From positions 32,001 to 96,000 of the IMG/VR virus record IMGVR_UViG_3300012983_000031: a stretch of 64,000 nucleotides of DNA, one strand, 5' to 3'. Positions 49,201 through 58,691 of the stretch are shown one piece after another. This DNA comes from a virus (taxonomy: Duplodnaviria; Caudoviricetes). Position 1 is the stretch's first letter. Every line of letters starts with the position of its first letter. The position numbers and the translations under genes are program-made. The notes beneath the pieces are model-generated. The model was not told the DNA's origin. It ran no database searches and worked only from the letters and a program-made list of their open reading frames with translations.

Positions 49201-52200
49201 AAATCTAATACGTATTGATCCCTTTTCAATCCCAGATATAGTTCTGTTGTCATCATACCAAAACGCACGGAGACCGTCTGCTGATAATGATCCATTTGGA
49301 TATTGATAACCACCAAGGCTTGTGTCAAAAATTTCAATTATAAAATCGTTTATTTGTCGGTTACCTTCCCATAATGATGCTTTTGTACTTATAAGTACAT
49401 CTCCTATTGGTTTTCCGTTGTTATCACACAATAAAGAATCCATTTCGTTGTCAAGGTCAGCAATATATGGAGATGTTCCAGGCATTCCTTGTTCACCTTG
49501 TTCACCATCGTATACAATAGGAATCGTTTCCTTATCCATTAATATTGGTGTTGAGCTCTTATCGTATAAAAGGTACACTATATTACTTGTAACTTGCGAA
49601 ACAAGTGGTGGGCTTGATGGATTGAATTCAGTTTCAGCACCGCCATTGAGAGAATATTTTAATGTATATTCTGATGATGATGCGAAAGACTGTATTCCTC
49701 CATCATTTTTAACCACATCACATGTCACTGGAGTACTTTCTGGTGGATAATATGTTAATCCAGATTTCTTTATTGACGATGTGCTCGGAACAAGACTGAA
49801 AATACATGAAGATCGAACCCCGTTAATTGTAAAATAAAGATATTGCTCTATTAGAACACCAGAGATTGTCTTTGACACTTTAATGCATAATACTCTTGAA
49901 CCTTCAATGACAAGATTTCTTGTTGCGCCGATTAAAACTCTTGTAGAAAGCCATGCAACTCTAAGCCCTCTGATTGTTTCACCGTTTGTATAAGGTTGAC
50001 CGCCAGTACTTGTATCATAAACATTAATTGTGTATCCAGTTATGGCTTCGCTTCCTTTCCAAAATGATATATTTGTGGAAAATGATTTATATGACATGTT
50101 TTTTCCATTATGATCACATTCCAGTGATTCCATTTCGTTGTCAAGGTCAGCAAAGTACGGTGATGTTCCTGGTTCTCCCTTTGAACCATCAAGACCATCA
50201 TATATTACTGGAACATTTTCTTTATCAACCACCGTTCCAGATAAATCAGTACGTATTTCAAATCTAAATTCACGACTTGCCGCACTTATCAATGGTGGAT
50301 ACAAATAATTATATGTAGCAAAAGATGATATATCATCTCTTGTGTAATATAATGTCATTCCATCAAAAGATCCTGTTGGCTCAAAGTATGAAACTGTTCC
50401 ACCATCATTTTTTTTGATTCTGCATCTCATTGGTTCACTATTTGATGGATAGTATGTTCCATCTGAAAGTCTTTTGATTGATGACATGCTTGGTGCTATG
50501 TTGTATGTTGCAGTTGATTGTATTGCATTCACTGTAAAATACAGGTAGCGAACTACACTTGTTCCATTATCGTTGCATGTAATTTTTATGCAGAATATTT
50601 GTTTTTCAATTACAGTTGCATTTGTAAGGAAATTGCAACTTATGTTTGCATTGTTTGATGTGATTGTCCATGAAACAATTATACCATTTACGTTTGTGCC
50701 GTTTGGATAAACTGTTCCTCCTGCGCTTGTGTCCCTTATTTCAACAGACGATATTGGCAAATCATTGCTTCCTTTCCATGCAGAAGCAACGGTTGTAACA
50801 ATATTTTCAGGCTGGAATGGATGTCCTTCGCTGTTGCATGAAACAGAATCAATTTCATTGTCAAGGTCAGCAAAGTACGGTGATGCTCCTGGATCTCCCT
50901 TTAAACCATCGCGAATTCCGTTAACAATAAAATACAGTTCTCTTGTTATTGCTGTTCCTCCATCATTTATTGTTGCGACGATGCAGAATGTTTTCTTTCC
51001 GTCTATAACTGCAGTTGGCTGGAACACTACACGAATTTCTCCAGAAGCAGAGTTCCAATAAACCGTGATGTTATGTGACGCTTTACCATTTCTATATTCG
51101 TAACCTTGTGATGAATCGTTAAATATCCTTATACTCGATATTGCTATCTTTTCGCTTCCTCTCCAGAATGAAAGTGTTGTTTTAACTGGTTCGGTGCTCT
51201 TTGGGTGACCGTCAGATGTACATGCTATTGAATCCATCTCATTGTCAAGATAGGCAACGTAGTTCGAATCTCCGCTATCACCAGAACGAATAGCATTAAG
51301 CACATAATGAAGCGATTTTTCGCCGCTGTCACCACCTTTAAGAGTAATTCCTATATCGTTTACTTCTTCAAGTGTTGTTCCATCATCTACCTGAACGCGT
51401 ACAGTTTTTGCGAATCTGTTTGTTGTTACTTGTATTCCAGGGACATTTGTTGCTGTCAATTCGCTGATTTCTACATCTTTATCTCCTTGTGTTAAACTTA
51501 CTGAAAGTGTTTTATCAAATGATGTTTTTGTCACACCAGATGAATTACAAGCTACACTTCCCATTTCGTTTTCAATGCTTGCTGTATAAGCTCCGCCTCC
51601 TATCTTGATGTTGTTTATTTCTTCCATTGCGTTAATCGCCATCTGCTTAATCTCAGCATTTTCACGAACAACCTCATAGAGGGTTTTTGTATTTGACTTC
51701 ATTACTGTCACAGCATTTGACAGGTTTCTGATGACATCGGTAAAATCAACACTCATTTCGTGTGCAGGTGTTGAATTATCTTGAACAGTTATAGTTCCTG
51801 TGTATGCAGATGATGGCTTGATGTTAAGTCTGAAAGAATAAGATGTTCCGTCTTTGCTATCGCTTGTCTTCAGCTTGCGCAAAGATGGGAAATAATACTT
51901 TGTTGTATCATTTGAATTGTTATCTTCAGAAACAGCGTTATCTATAATGTAAATACCATATGCGTTTGTAGCGAGACATTTAGATTTGCTTGGATCATAT
52001 ATAGAATAGTACACAAGGATTGCGTTAAATGTATAATCACCAAGATCCTCGCTTTCGGCGAACTTTCCGATTGCAAGATCATCAAACGTAAGTGTATTGT
52101 TATTGTATTTGTTTCTGTATGTGTTGATGTCAAAGTCTATTACTATAGAATCCCAGTTTCTTGATTCTGTCTCTGTGTCGCTGCTCTTTCTGTTTATGAT

Positions 52201-52938
52201 GTTATACACGCCATATCTGTCTGTTCTTACAACATATTCATCAGCGTTCACGTTTGCGGCTATCCCAGTCGCCTTCACTACACCGTTTCCGTATTGATCT
52301 GTTTCTATTTCATCATCTGGAATGTTCTCTATCCAGTTTGGTGTTGTTGTCATATATGCACCAGGCATATAGTTCTCGTCAACATCCATTTTGTAGAAGA
52401 CTTTCATTTGACCGAATGACGATGGAATCTGCACAAATGTTTCGTTGTATATTCCGCTGTCATCGGTTCTTTGTGAACCTGCTGAAATCAAACCTACTCC
52501 TTTCACGACACTTGTGCTAGCATCCTCATAGTATCTGTTAACGACACTATCATAACGTAATTTCTTTGTCTGTATATGACTAAATAGCCATTTCCAGAAT
52601 ATTCTTTCTGAAACTGTCTTGTTTGATGAGAAATTGTAGCTTGAAAGATTTCTTAGAACAGTCTCAAAGTTAAGAATATAGTTCTGTATATTCTCAGCCA
52701 TGATCTTGTCACCAGCATTGCCAGTATAGTTGATGTTTTTTGTTACCAATAATTCTCCTGGCAAAGCCTCGCTGTATGCAAACTTAGGTATTTCTAACAA
52801 TGCATAATGCGAGAGCTCAATGATGTTATTGCTTTCATTTACATTCAAGCCAATATCTTCCATTGCTGATGCAAATGTATAGAATGTTCCACCCTGCTTT
52901 CTTGGTGCTATAAATGGAGTACGCAATTTCTTTGACAT
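46255..52938 (-). CDS. Long modular tail fibre/receptor-binding protein (2227 aa)
   Basis: ~445-aa N-terminal anchor shared with the neighbouring gene, five (L/I)(D/E)NEM.S..C...G modules, collagen-like linkers, two PPTG.WSTT.PT...GWYLWT repeats, and a CBM-like domain (LTAGKKYTFSVW...AKLEMGEIAT). Confidence 0.8.
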   Translation of the reverse strand: MSKKLRTPFIAPRKQGGTFYTFASAMEDIGLNVNESNNIIELSHYALLEIPKFAYSEALPGELLVTKNINYTGNAGDKIMAENIQNYILNFETVLRNLSSYNFSSNKTVSERIFWKWLFSHIQTKKLRYDSVVNRYYEDASTSVVKGVGLISAGSQRTDDSGIYNETFVQIPSSFGQMKVFYKMDVDENYMPGAYMTTTPNWIENIPDDEIETDQYGNGVVKATGIAANVNADEYVVRTDRYGVYNIINRKSSDTETESRNWDSIVIDFDINTYRNKYNNNTLTFDDLAIGKFAESEDLGDYTFNAILVYYSIYDPSKSKCLATNAYGIYIIDNAVSEDNNSNDTTKYYFPSLRKLKTSDSKDGTSYSFRLNIKPSSAYTGTITVQDNSTPAHEMSVDFTDVIRNLSNAVTVMKSNTKTLYEVVRENAEIKQMAINAMEEINNIKIGGGAYTASIENEMGSVACNSSGVTKTSFDKTLSVSLTQGDKDVEISELTATNVPGIQVTTNRFAKTVRVQVDDGTTLEEVNDIGITLKGGDSGEKSLHYVLNAIRSGDSGDSNYVAYLDNEMDSIACTSDGHPKSTEPVKTTLSFWRGSEKIAISSIRIFNDSSQGYEYRNGKASHNITVYWNSASGEIRVVFQPTAVIDGKKTFCIVATINDGGTAITRELYFIVNGIRDGLKGDPGASPYFADLDNEIDSVSCNSEGHPFQPENIVTTVASAWKGSNDLPISSVEIRDTSAGGTVYPNGTNVNGIIVSWTITSNNANISCNFLTNATVIEKQIFCIKITCNDNGTSVVRYLYFTVNAIQSTATYNIAPSMSSIKRLSDGTYYPSNSEPMRCRIKKNDGGTVSYFEPTGSFDGMTLYYTRDDISSFATYNYLYPPLISAASREFRFEIRTDLSGTVVDKENVPVIYDGLDGSKGEPGTSPYFADLDNEMESLECDHNGKNMSYKSFSTNISFWKGSEAITGYTINVYDTSTGGQPYTNGETIRGLRVAWLSTRVLIGATRNLVIEGSRVLCIKVSKTISGVLIEQYLYFTINGVRSSCIFSLVPSTSSIKKSGLTYYPPESTPVTCDVVKNDGGIQSFASSSEYTLKYSLNGGAETEFNPSSPPLVSQVTSNIVYLLYDKSSTPILMDKETIPIVYDGEQGEQGMPGTSPYIADLDNEMDSLLCDNNGKPIGDVLISTKASLWEGNRQINDFIIEIFDTSLGGYQYPNGSLSADGLRAFWYDDNRTISGIEKGSIRIRFGSYTFTKTKQIFCIRITSTETGTSVSRLLYLTVNCVKNSCVYGLIPTTSSIKRSTDGTYYPSAFTPITCEVYKNNGGENITPDPSEYTLKYSLNGEPEVIFNSSVPPLVRDVSTNIVFSLYDKSETPILLDTETIPILFDGQTGNPGTSVTIVSITYQKTSSNSSTPPTGTWSTTIPTATDGWYLWTRVEYSDGNISYSVSKWGTNGGAALSITFIKYQKTSVNSSTPPTGEWSTTMPTVTPGWYLWTWTRYSDGTDEYSVELWGGSGEDAYTVIVSRYATIFTQSTVPDAGGNYPLNLTNNTTTVKVVKGTQDKTSEATIGILSQYNCTAVKEGGNTIKITSVNKQADGSTYYDNGYVSFRVTIATVQYDFMFSFACNLLGTWKEDIIGDVRTIVAESTTYTVDGVNYTVHDNLGTYIQSSNRNYAELKTEIDGSNGLSERVSYVEQTSSQISLKVGTSDSANILRDPIFATNLPFNQPTSGSGVTAAVTRVTSSGGTTDYHSPWEGDGGQLIKFDISANTSSSNVTKNCPANITNMPRLLLTAGKKYTFSVWIAGINLTDNLVSPYLIATVIMYETASGNTHAAEIPLYANNDTKRGVAGSYTQYAVTFTVSSPYIWFSWEPKIVIKAGKKNFYITYAGAKLEMGEIATRLDGAKSSRLITDGSLGLLSDDIDGLSGDIDEIDANLGEIRQGLLDTGIDIYSNKIVNTADTWECQNTSGQKTAWLDAYGNFTITGVQNNLITIIDWDNPDPHQQHRELIITRYIPRVSDPSLQEKYQLDPGDDPEDYDKEYHIDILRCGDFIYIKSLPDLSGGLGTEVNYRLPYYVCPKAYERGHTRFNTGEPHPMTADEMRQLIGRRIIIKIGDMTDHYNIYYNKITGPVLIELNHLCLNDVNYISQGKYYYDDPRDNEGFATRNILFYTIPLLPQVVELECRHVTWVKPDQPASEGFVTQGYGYVWVGQNGLDSSVGQDDSIDTDWT

Positions 52939-52964
52939 AATTTTTACGTTAACGACGTTTTCAA

Positions 52965-53047
52965 TGAATTTGTACTATTTATCTGAAACTGTTGTTAATG
53001 GAGAAATCCAATAAAAAAAGAACAAGAGTGCCACCCTTGTCCTTTTT
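52965..53047 (-). promoter_or_regulatory. Terminator (~53013-53047) followed by late promoter (52976-52984)
   Basis: On the - strand AAAGGACAAGGGTGGCACTCTTGTTCTTTTTTT, then CAGATAAATAGT. Confidence 0.75.
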
Positions 53048-53063
53048 GTTGTATGTTAATATG

Positions 53064-56000
53064 TTATGTTTCAACTGCTGTTGCTGTTATGGTAAGCGTA
53101 TCTGTCACGCCGCCAGTTCCACCTGTTCCGAGTACAGATAATGTCATATCCTCGTTGTTGTATGTATAATCCGTTCCAGCTGTGAGTGTGGATGATCCCA
53201 TGTTGACAGTTATTGTCGCGGGTAATGAATATCCACTAGCTGGGGTAAGAAGTATTGTGTATTGCTCGCCAAATAATGGTTGCTTTGTTGATGATGATGT
53301 GATATTTGTTAAATTGTATACAACTTCACATGTTATCATTGTTCCCATCGCGTCAACCCAGCAATGCCCGTTCCATGATAAAGCTTTGTTTAAATCAGTT
53401 GCAAAGAATCTACAGCCAACATAATACCTGTCTCCTGATGCTAGTGTTGGAAGATCCGCTGTCGTTCCAGATGTTCTAACTTTTGGTATAATTGTAAAAT
53501 CTCCACTTGGAACAAGTCTATTGGTTGCATGACCATTTGGCAAATTTATTTCATTTCCGCTGATTATACAATTTTTAACAGGATAAAATACATATTGGAT
53601 CCTTGAACCAGATGTTATGCTGTTATTTATAATGCTCTTTGATGTTCTGACTATATATATGTTTTTGTCTTCTGGATTGTTTCCGTTATATATTACTGTG
53701 TTGTTTGTAAATTCCGTGTCTGCCACATTTAATAATACACCCACTTGCGAGAAATGTGAGTTATAAGTAAATCTATTGTTACAAATGGATCCTTCTGACA
53801 TCTTGATTGAAACGTTAATCAACGTGTTGTCTTCCAGCATAACTCTGCGACTAAATGTTACAGGTTCATTATTTTCTTCAGGATGAGAAATATAGTTTCC
53901 GCGAATAATGCTTCCTGCCTCACTGTCTACTTCCGTACTTTTCAAGAATCCGTTTATTGTGTTATTTTCAAGCTTTGTGTATATACCTGGAAGTGTGACA
54001 TTTCCATTTATTCTGTTTTTGCTTATTATAACATGATTTACACTATAATTATAAAATAATGTTGAGCATTCAATGTCATTATCTTCTATGTATTTTCGAC
54101 CGCTTCCGAATCTAAAAATTGGATATGATCCGATTATTGAATTATGTTTGAAACAATAATCGCCTTTAATCGCGTATATTACACAACCTCGTGCATCTGA
54201 AGATGGATCATCTCCTTCTTCAAATTGCTGTTTAATTATATTATTCTCAAATAAAATGACATTATCTTGAGCTCCATCTATCGTATTTGCATCAACTGCA
54301 TGAAACCTTGTATATACTTCACAGTTTGTTATGTTGACAACTGTGCTTATTCCATTTACAGCAAATGCTCTATATTGGCATTTTATATAGCAATTGTTGA
54401 TTGAAATACAAGATTTTGAGTAATGACTTCTTCCGTATATCACTATACCAATCTTACAATCATCTATTCTGCAGTTTTCAATATATACATTATAAGCATA
54501 ATTTTCGCTATTTGGTTCAATATCGATACCAGCTTGAGGATTGTGTCCTCCTATGTTTGTGATGTAGCAGTTTCGAATAATGATATTTTCTCCGTGCGTT
54601 ATTGATAAACCTTGTCTTCTTCCGTTATCCAATTTGCAGTTGTCAACGATGATTTGTTTAATATCGAACTCCTGGGTTGTGCTTTTCCCGATACATATAC
54701 AATCTCCCCAACAATCTTTTACAAATATATCTTTTATTGTTATAAATTGACCTATTACATATATTCCATGACCCCATTGACCTTCTGTTCCTGTGTGTGT
54801 ATCTTTATCTCCAACGATTGTTCCAGAACCAGAAATGTTGATGTGATGTTTATTATATACATAGACTATATAACATGACTGAAATCCATTTGGCTGGAGT
54901 CTAATTGTTCCGTTTAGTATTAAATCTGTGTTCGATGTTAAATTTATTACACTTTCTTTTTCTTTTGATGCTGACACTAAATATCCACCAGGTTCAATTA
55001 CGATCCTGTTAAAAACATCATCGTTTTGAAGCGCGAATACGTTTTTGATTCCATTGTTTGAAGTGACATCATAAAACCATTCTGATGTTATTTCTGGAAC
55101 ATTCCATGTGCCATGTATTGTTATTAATCTGAATATGAATGATTTAGAAGCAACAATTTGCGTATTGGATCCAATTAATGTTCCGTTTTGTAAACTTCCA
55201 CCTTCAAACAACAGTATACACTTTTCTGGAATTGTTATGCTTTCTTGCTGTAAATCAAAATCATATCTAATTACATATATTGAATTAGATTTATTCAGCA
55301 TGTTTTGTGTCAGCTTACTAATGACTCCATTTTTTTCAAGAACTATAATTCTTGTTTCGTCGTCTGTTTGCTCAGAACCGCTTTTTTTATCATTAAGCTC
55401 CTCCATCATCATCATAGCCATGGTGTTAATTCTTTCGTTCTCTCTTGCCATGGAATATAATGTTTTTGAATTTGATTGCAATGTGGTGACAGCGGTTGAT
55501 AAATTCTTAAGCATATCTGTGAAATCCGTACTCATCTCATAACTTGGAGTTGAGTTGTCGTTGAGTGAGATTTCATTTGTATATGTTGCTGTCGGCTTGA
55601 TGTTCAGTCTGAACGAATATGATGTTCCGTCTCTATGTTCGCTTGACTTTAATTTTCTTAGCGACGGAAAATAATATTTCTCATATGTATCACCATCGGA
55701 ACTATAACTTTCAGATATAGCATTATCTATGATATAAATTCCATATGCATTTGTTGCAAGACATTTTGCTTCGCTTGAATCATATATTGAATAATAAACG
55801 AGGATAGCGTTGAATGTATAATCACCAACTTCATTGTCGCCGTTGAAATGCCCTATAGCGAGATCATCAAACGTCAATGTTGCGTTATTGTATTTTTCTC
55901 TATACGTGTTGATGTCAAAGTCTATTGATATCGCGTCCCAGTTTGTTGATTCTTCCGCATCGCTAGATTTTCTGTTTGTTATGTTATATTTTCCATAAAC

Positions 56001-56711
56001 ACCATTGTCTCGATAAATTAATTCATCAGCATCTATCATTGAGTAAATTCCTGTAGCCAACGCTACACCGTTATCGTCAAATTCATCATTTGGGATGTTC
56101 TCTATGTGATTTGATGAATCGGTAAAATAAGATCCATAGTTGTAGTTTTCATCGATGTCAACTTTATAGAACACCCTCATTTGACCGAATGATGATGGAA
56201 TTTGAACAAACGTTTCATTATAAATTCCACTTTCATCTGTTCGATGAGATCCAGCTGAAATCAATCCCAACCCTTTAACGATACTTGTGCTCGCATCCTC
56301 ATAGTAGCGATTTATTTCAGGATCATATTTTAACTTCTTGTTCTGGATATGTTTAAATAACCATTTCCAAAATATTCTTTCAGAAATAGTTTTCGCAGAT
56401 GTATAGTTATATTGACTTAAATTTCTTATAACTGTTTCAAAATTAAGAACATAGTCTTGAATGTGTTCAGCTATTAATTTATCTCCAACATTTCCATCAT
56501 AATCATATCTTTTTTCAAGGAAAATTTCATTGCTTTCCTGATGTGTATATGCAATTTTAGGGAGTTCAAGTAAAACGTAATGAGAAATTTTTATTTTCTT
56601 ATTACTGTCATTTACATTCAAACCAATATCTTCCATTGCGGAAGAGAATGTATAAAATGTACTGCCTTGCTTTCTTGGAGCAATTAATGGAGTTCTTAAC
56701 TTCTTTGACAT
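53064..56711 (-). CDS. Tailspike with right-handed beta-helix (putative polysaccharide depolymerase)
   Basis: Shared anchor; LTQNMLNKSNSIYVIRYDFDL...EGGSL.NGT linker; beta-helix motifs GQWGHGI, CWGDCI, NGRRQGLSI and PQAGIDIEPN. Confidence 0.85.
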   Translation of the reverse strand: MSKKLRTPLIAPRKQGSTFYTFSSAMEDIGLNVNDSNKKIKISHYVLLELPKIAYTHQESNEIFLEKRYDYDGNVGDKLIAEHIQDYVLNFETVIRNLSQYNYTSAKTISERIFWKWLFKHIQNKKLKYDPEINRYYEDASTSIVKGLGLISAGSHRTDESGIYNETFVQIPSSFGQMRVFYKVDIDENYNYGSYFTDSSNHIENIPNDEFDDNGVALATGIYSMIDADELIYRDNGVYGKYNITNRKSSDAEESTNWDAISIDFDINTYREKYNNATLTFDDLAIGHFNGDNEVGDYTFNAILVYYSIYDSSEAKCLATNAYGIYIIDNAISESYSSDGDTYEKYYFPSLRKLKSSEHRDGTSYSFRLNIKPTATYTNEISLNDNSTPSYEMSTDFTDMLKNLSTAVTTLQSNSKTLYSMARENERINTMAMMMMEELNDKKSGSEQTDDETRIIVLEKNGVISKLTQNMLNKSNSIYVIRYDFDLQQESITIPEKCILLFEGGSLQNGTLIGSNTQIVASKSFIFRLITIHGTWNVPEITSEWFYDVTSNNGIKNVFALQNDDVFNRIVIEPGGYLVSASKEKESVINLTSNTDLILNGTIRLQPNGFQSCYIVYVYNKHHINISGSGTIVGDKDTHTGTEGQWGHGIYVIGQFITIKDIFVKDCWGDCICIGKSTTQEFDIKQIIVDNCKLDNGRRQGLSITHGENIIIRNCYITNIGGHNPQAGIDIEPNSENYAYNVYIENCRIDDCKIGIVIYGRSHYSKSCISINNCYIKCQYRAFAVNGISTVVNITNCEVYTRFHAVDANTIDGAQDNVILFENNIIKQQFEEGDDPSSDARGCVIYAIKGDYCFKHNSIIGSYPIFRFGSGRKYIEDNDIECSTLFYNYSVNHVIISKNRINGNVTLPGIYTKLENNTINGFLKSTEVDSEAGSIIRGNYISHPEENNEPVTFSRRVMLEDNTLINVSIKMSEGSICNNRFTYNSHFSQVGVLLNVADTEFTNNTVIYNGNNPEDKNIYIVRTSKSIINNSITSGSRIQYVFYPVKNCIISGNEINLPNGHATNRLVPSGDFTIIPKVRTSGTTADLPTLASGDRYYVGCRFFATDLNKALSWNGHCWVDAMGTMITCEVVYNLTNITSSSTKQPLFGEQYTILLTPASGYSLPATITVNMGSSTLTAGTDYTYNNEDMTLSVLGTGGTGGVTDTLTITATAVET

Positions 56712-56733
56712 ACTGTGCTTAATTGTTCAAATT

Positions 56734-57078
56734 TTATTCAAGAGAATCAATTTGCTCTTTGGTGATGTTATGAATGCTATCAATCTTGTTTTGAAGCTCA
56801 GATATAATTGTCGAAATGTCCTTTAGGTCATAGATTGTACCATCCGAACCCTTGAATCTGAAGTTCTGGGCAACAAGAGTTGTTGTCTCGATGTAAGTCG
56901 AATCAAGTGTATCTATTTTAATTGTTTTTGTGTCTGGATTATAGAAACTTGTGAACGCATCATATATTGTCGTTAATGCGTCATTGAGCATACGAGGAAG
57001 GTCTGCGACGAAATTGTTGATTGAAAATTTCGAGCAGAGTTCCTGTAATCTGGCAAGTGTAATGTTGGAGTTCGCCAT
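56734..57078 (-). CDS. Small fibre-associated protein
   Basis: 114-aa first gene after the late promoter at 57102-57110. Confidence 0.6.
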   Translation of the reverse strand: MANSNITLARLQELCSKFSINNFVADLPRMLNDALTTIYDAFTSFYNPDTKTIKIDTLDSTYIETTTLVAQNFRFKGSDGTIYDLKDISTIISELQNKIDSIHNITKEQIDSLE

Positions 57079-57101
57079 TATTCTAAATTTTTGCGTTTCA
57101 C

Positions 57102-57163
57102 TATTTATCTAAAATAAATAATATGACAAAATTTAATCGTTTTGATAAAAAAGCAGTATAATA
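57102..57163. promoter_or_regulatory. Divergent late (- strand, 57102-57110) and middle (+ strand, 57132-57163) promoters
   Basis: Same architecture as 31014-31090. Confidence 0.8.
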
Positions 57164-57173
57164 ATGTAAAGGG

Positions 57174-57446
57174 ATGGCTGATAAAAAGAAGGATAACAGC
57201 GATTTGGTCGCAAAATTAAAGCGGATGTTAAGGGACGGTGTCGTTGAATTTAAGTACGAAAAGGTTGATGGCAGCATTCGTAAGGCTCGTGGTACTCTTA
57301 AACCAAGTTTGCTTCCAGAAGAAGACAAGGAGGATAAGCGAAAAAGAAAGACAAGTGATATGTGTGTCGTCTATTATGATTTAGATAAAGATGATTGGAG
57401 ACAGTGCAGGAAAGAAAACATCATATCGGTCAAAGACAAGAAATAG
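57174..57446 (+). CDS. SH3/Sm-like beta-barrel protein (WYL_2/DUF2693-like)
   Basis: GVVEFKYEKVDGSIRKARGTL...YYDLDKDDWRQCR. Confidence 0.8.
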   Translation: MADKKKDNSDLVAKLKRMLRDGVVEFKYEKVDGSIRKARGTLKPSLLPEEDKEDKRKRKTSDMCVVYYDLDKDDWRQCRKENIISVKDKK

Positions 57447-57473
57447 TATTAACGTTAATAATATCCAAAAACA

Positions 57474-58691
57474 ATGGCAAAAAAAGCAACAATTAAAGCT
57501 GGTTCGATATTTGATATCGTTCGGAATATTGACAATACTGCAGAAGTTTTGTCAGAGAGTGCAACCGCTGTGATTGATGATTACATCAGCACAGGAAATT
57601 TTATACTCAATGCGTGTATGACTGGTAGTTTGTTCAAGGGTGCCCCAACAGGACGTGTTTTGTGCCTTGCTGGAGATCCAGGAACAGGAAAGTCTTATCT
57701 CGCATTATCTATTTGTCGCGAAGGACAAAAGAAGGGGTACACTCCAATTTATATGGATTCTGAGGCAAGCATTGATATTAAAACCGTTGAGAAGATTGGT
57801 TGCGATCCTTCAAACATGATTATAAAGCAGGTGTCCACCATATCAGAAGTGAGTACATTTATGGTCAATATCCTTAATGATGTAAACGAGAAGCCAAAAG
57901 AGGAAAGACCAAAGATTATATTTGTACTTGATTCTTTGGGAAACTTATCTTCGACAAAGGAAATGAACGATGTGGCTGAAGGTAACGGAAAGACTGACAT
58001 GACAAAGCAACGAGAAGCAAAGGCTTTGTTCAGAACAACAGCTATAGCGTTAGCAAAGGCACAGGCTTTGTTCATTGTTAATACACATATATATGATACG
58101 CAGGAGTTTATTTCGCGTAAGGTTGTAACTGGCGGAAAGGGTCTTGGATTCAATGCTTCCATTACATTAATGCTTTCAACTGCAAAGCTTGACGACAAAC
58201 AATCTGATAAAATTGCTGAAAAGAAAATCGGTGAGTTTACAAAGACAGGTGTACTTGTTACGGCAACGCCATATAAATCAAGATTTACAATTCCACAGAA
58301 AGTCAAATTCCAGATACCGTTCTTCAAGGCACCTAATCCGTATGTTGGTCTTGAACAATATATTACATGGGAAAATTCAGGAATCCTTAGAGGAAAGATG
58401 ATTACAGAAAAGGAATATTCTAAACTTTCTGATAATGATAAGGCGAACTGCCATGAGATGACGGACAAAGATGGTAAAACGTGTTACGCTTTTCCAAAGG
58501 ACACATCAAAGAATATTGTCGTTAAACATTTATGCTCTGAAGTTCCAGCCGTTGAAATGTTTACATCAAAGGTGTTGACATATGATGTGTTAGTTAACCT
58601 TGATGAAAAAATAATAAAACCAAGCTTTGAACTTCCAGAGAATACAGGTAATGATGACATAGAAGAATTATTGGAACTCAATGGAGATTGA
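57474..58691 (+). CDS. uvsX: UvsX/RecA-like recombinase
   Basis: ISTGNFILN, Walker A GDPGTGKS, YMDSE, VLDSLGNL, NTHIY and GG.GL. Confidence 0.92.
   Translation: MAKKATIKAGSIFDIVRNIDNTAEVLSESATAVIDDYISTGNFILNACMTGSLFKGAPTGRVLCLAGDPGTGKSYLALSICREGQKKGYTPIYMDSEASIDIKTVEKIGCDPSNMIIKQVSTISEVSTFMVNILNDVNEKPKEERPKIIFVLDSLGNLSSTKEMNDVAEGNGKTDMTKQREAKALFRTTAIALAKAQALFIVNTHIYDTQEFISRKVVTGGKGLGFNASITLMLSTAKLDDKQSDKIAEKKIGEFTKTGVLVTATPYKSRFTIPQKVKFQIPFFKAPNPYVGLEQYITWENSGILRGKMITEKEYSKLSDNDKANCHEMTDKDGKTCYAFPKDTSKNIVVKHLCSEVPAVEMFTSKVLTYDVLVNLDEKIIKPSFELPENTGNDDIEELLELNGD

Noticed and set aside
50131-50910. Diversity-generating retroelement TR/VR pair in the fibre gene
   Set aside because: Both copies are internal coding repeats, the mismatches are not adenine-specific on the coding strand, and no reverse transcriptase is in the window.
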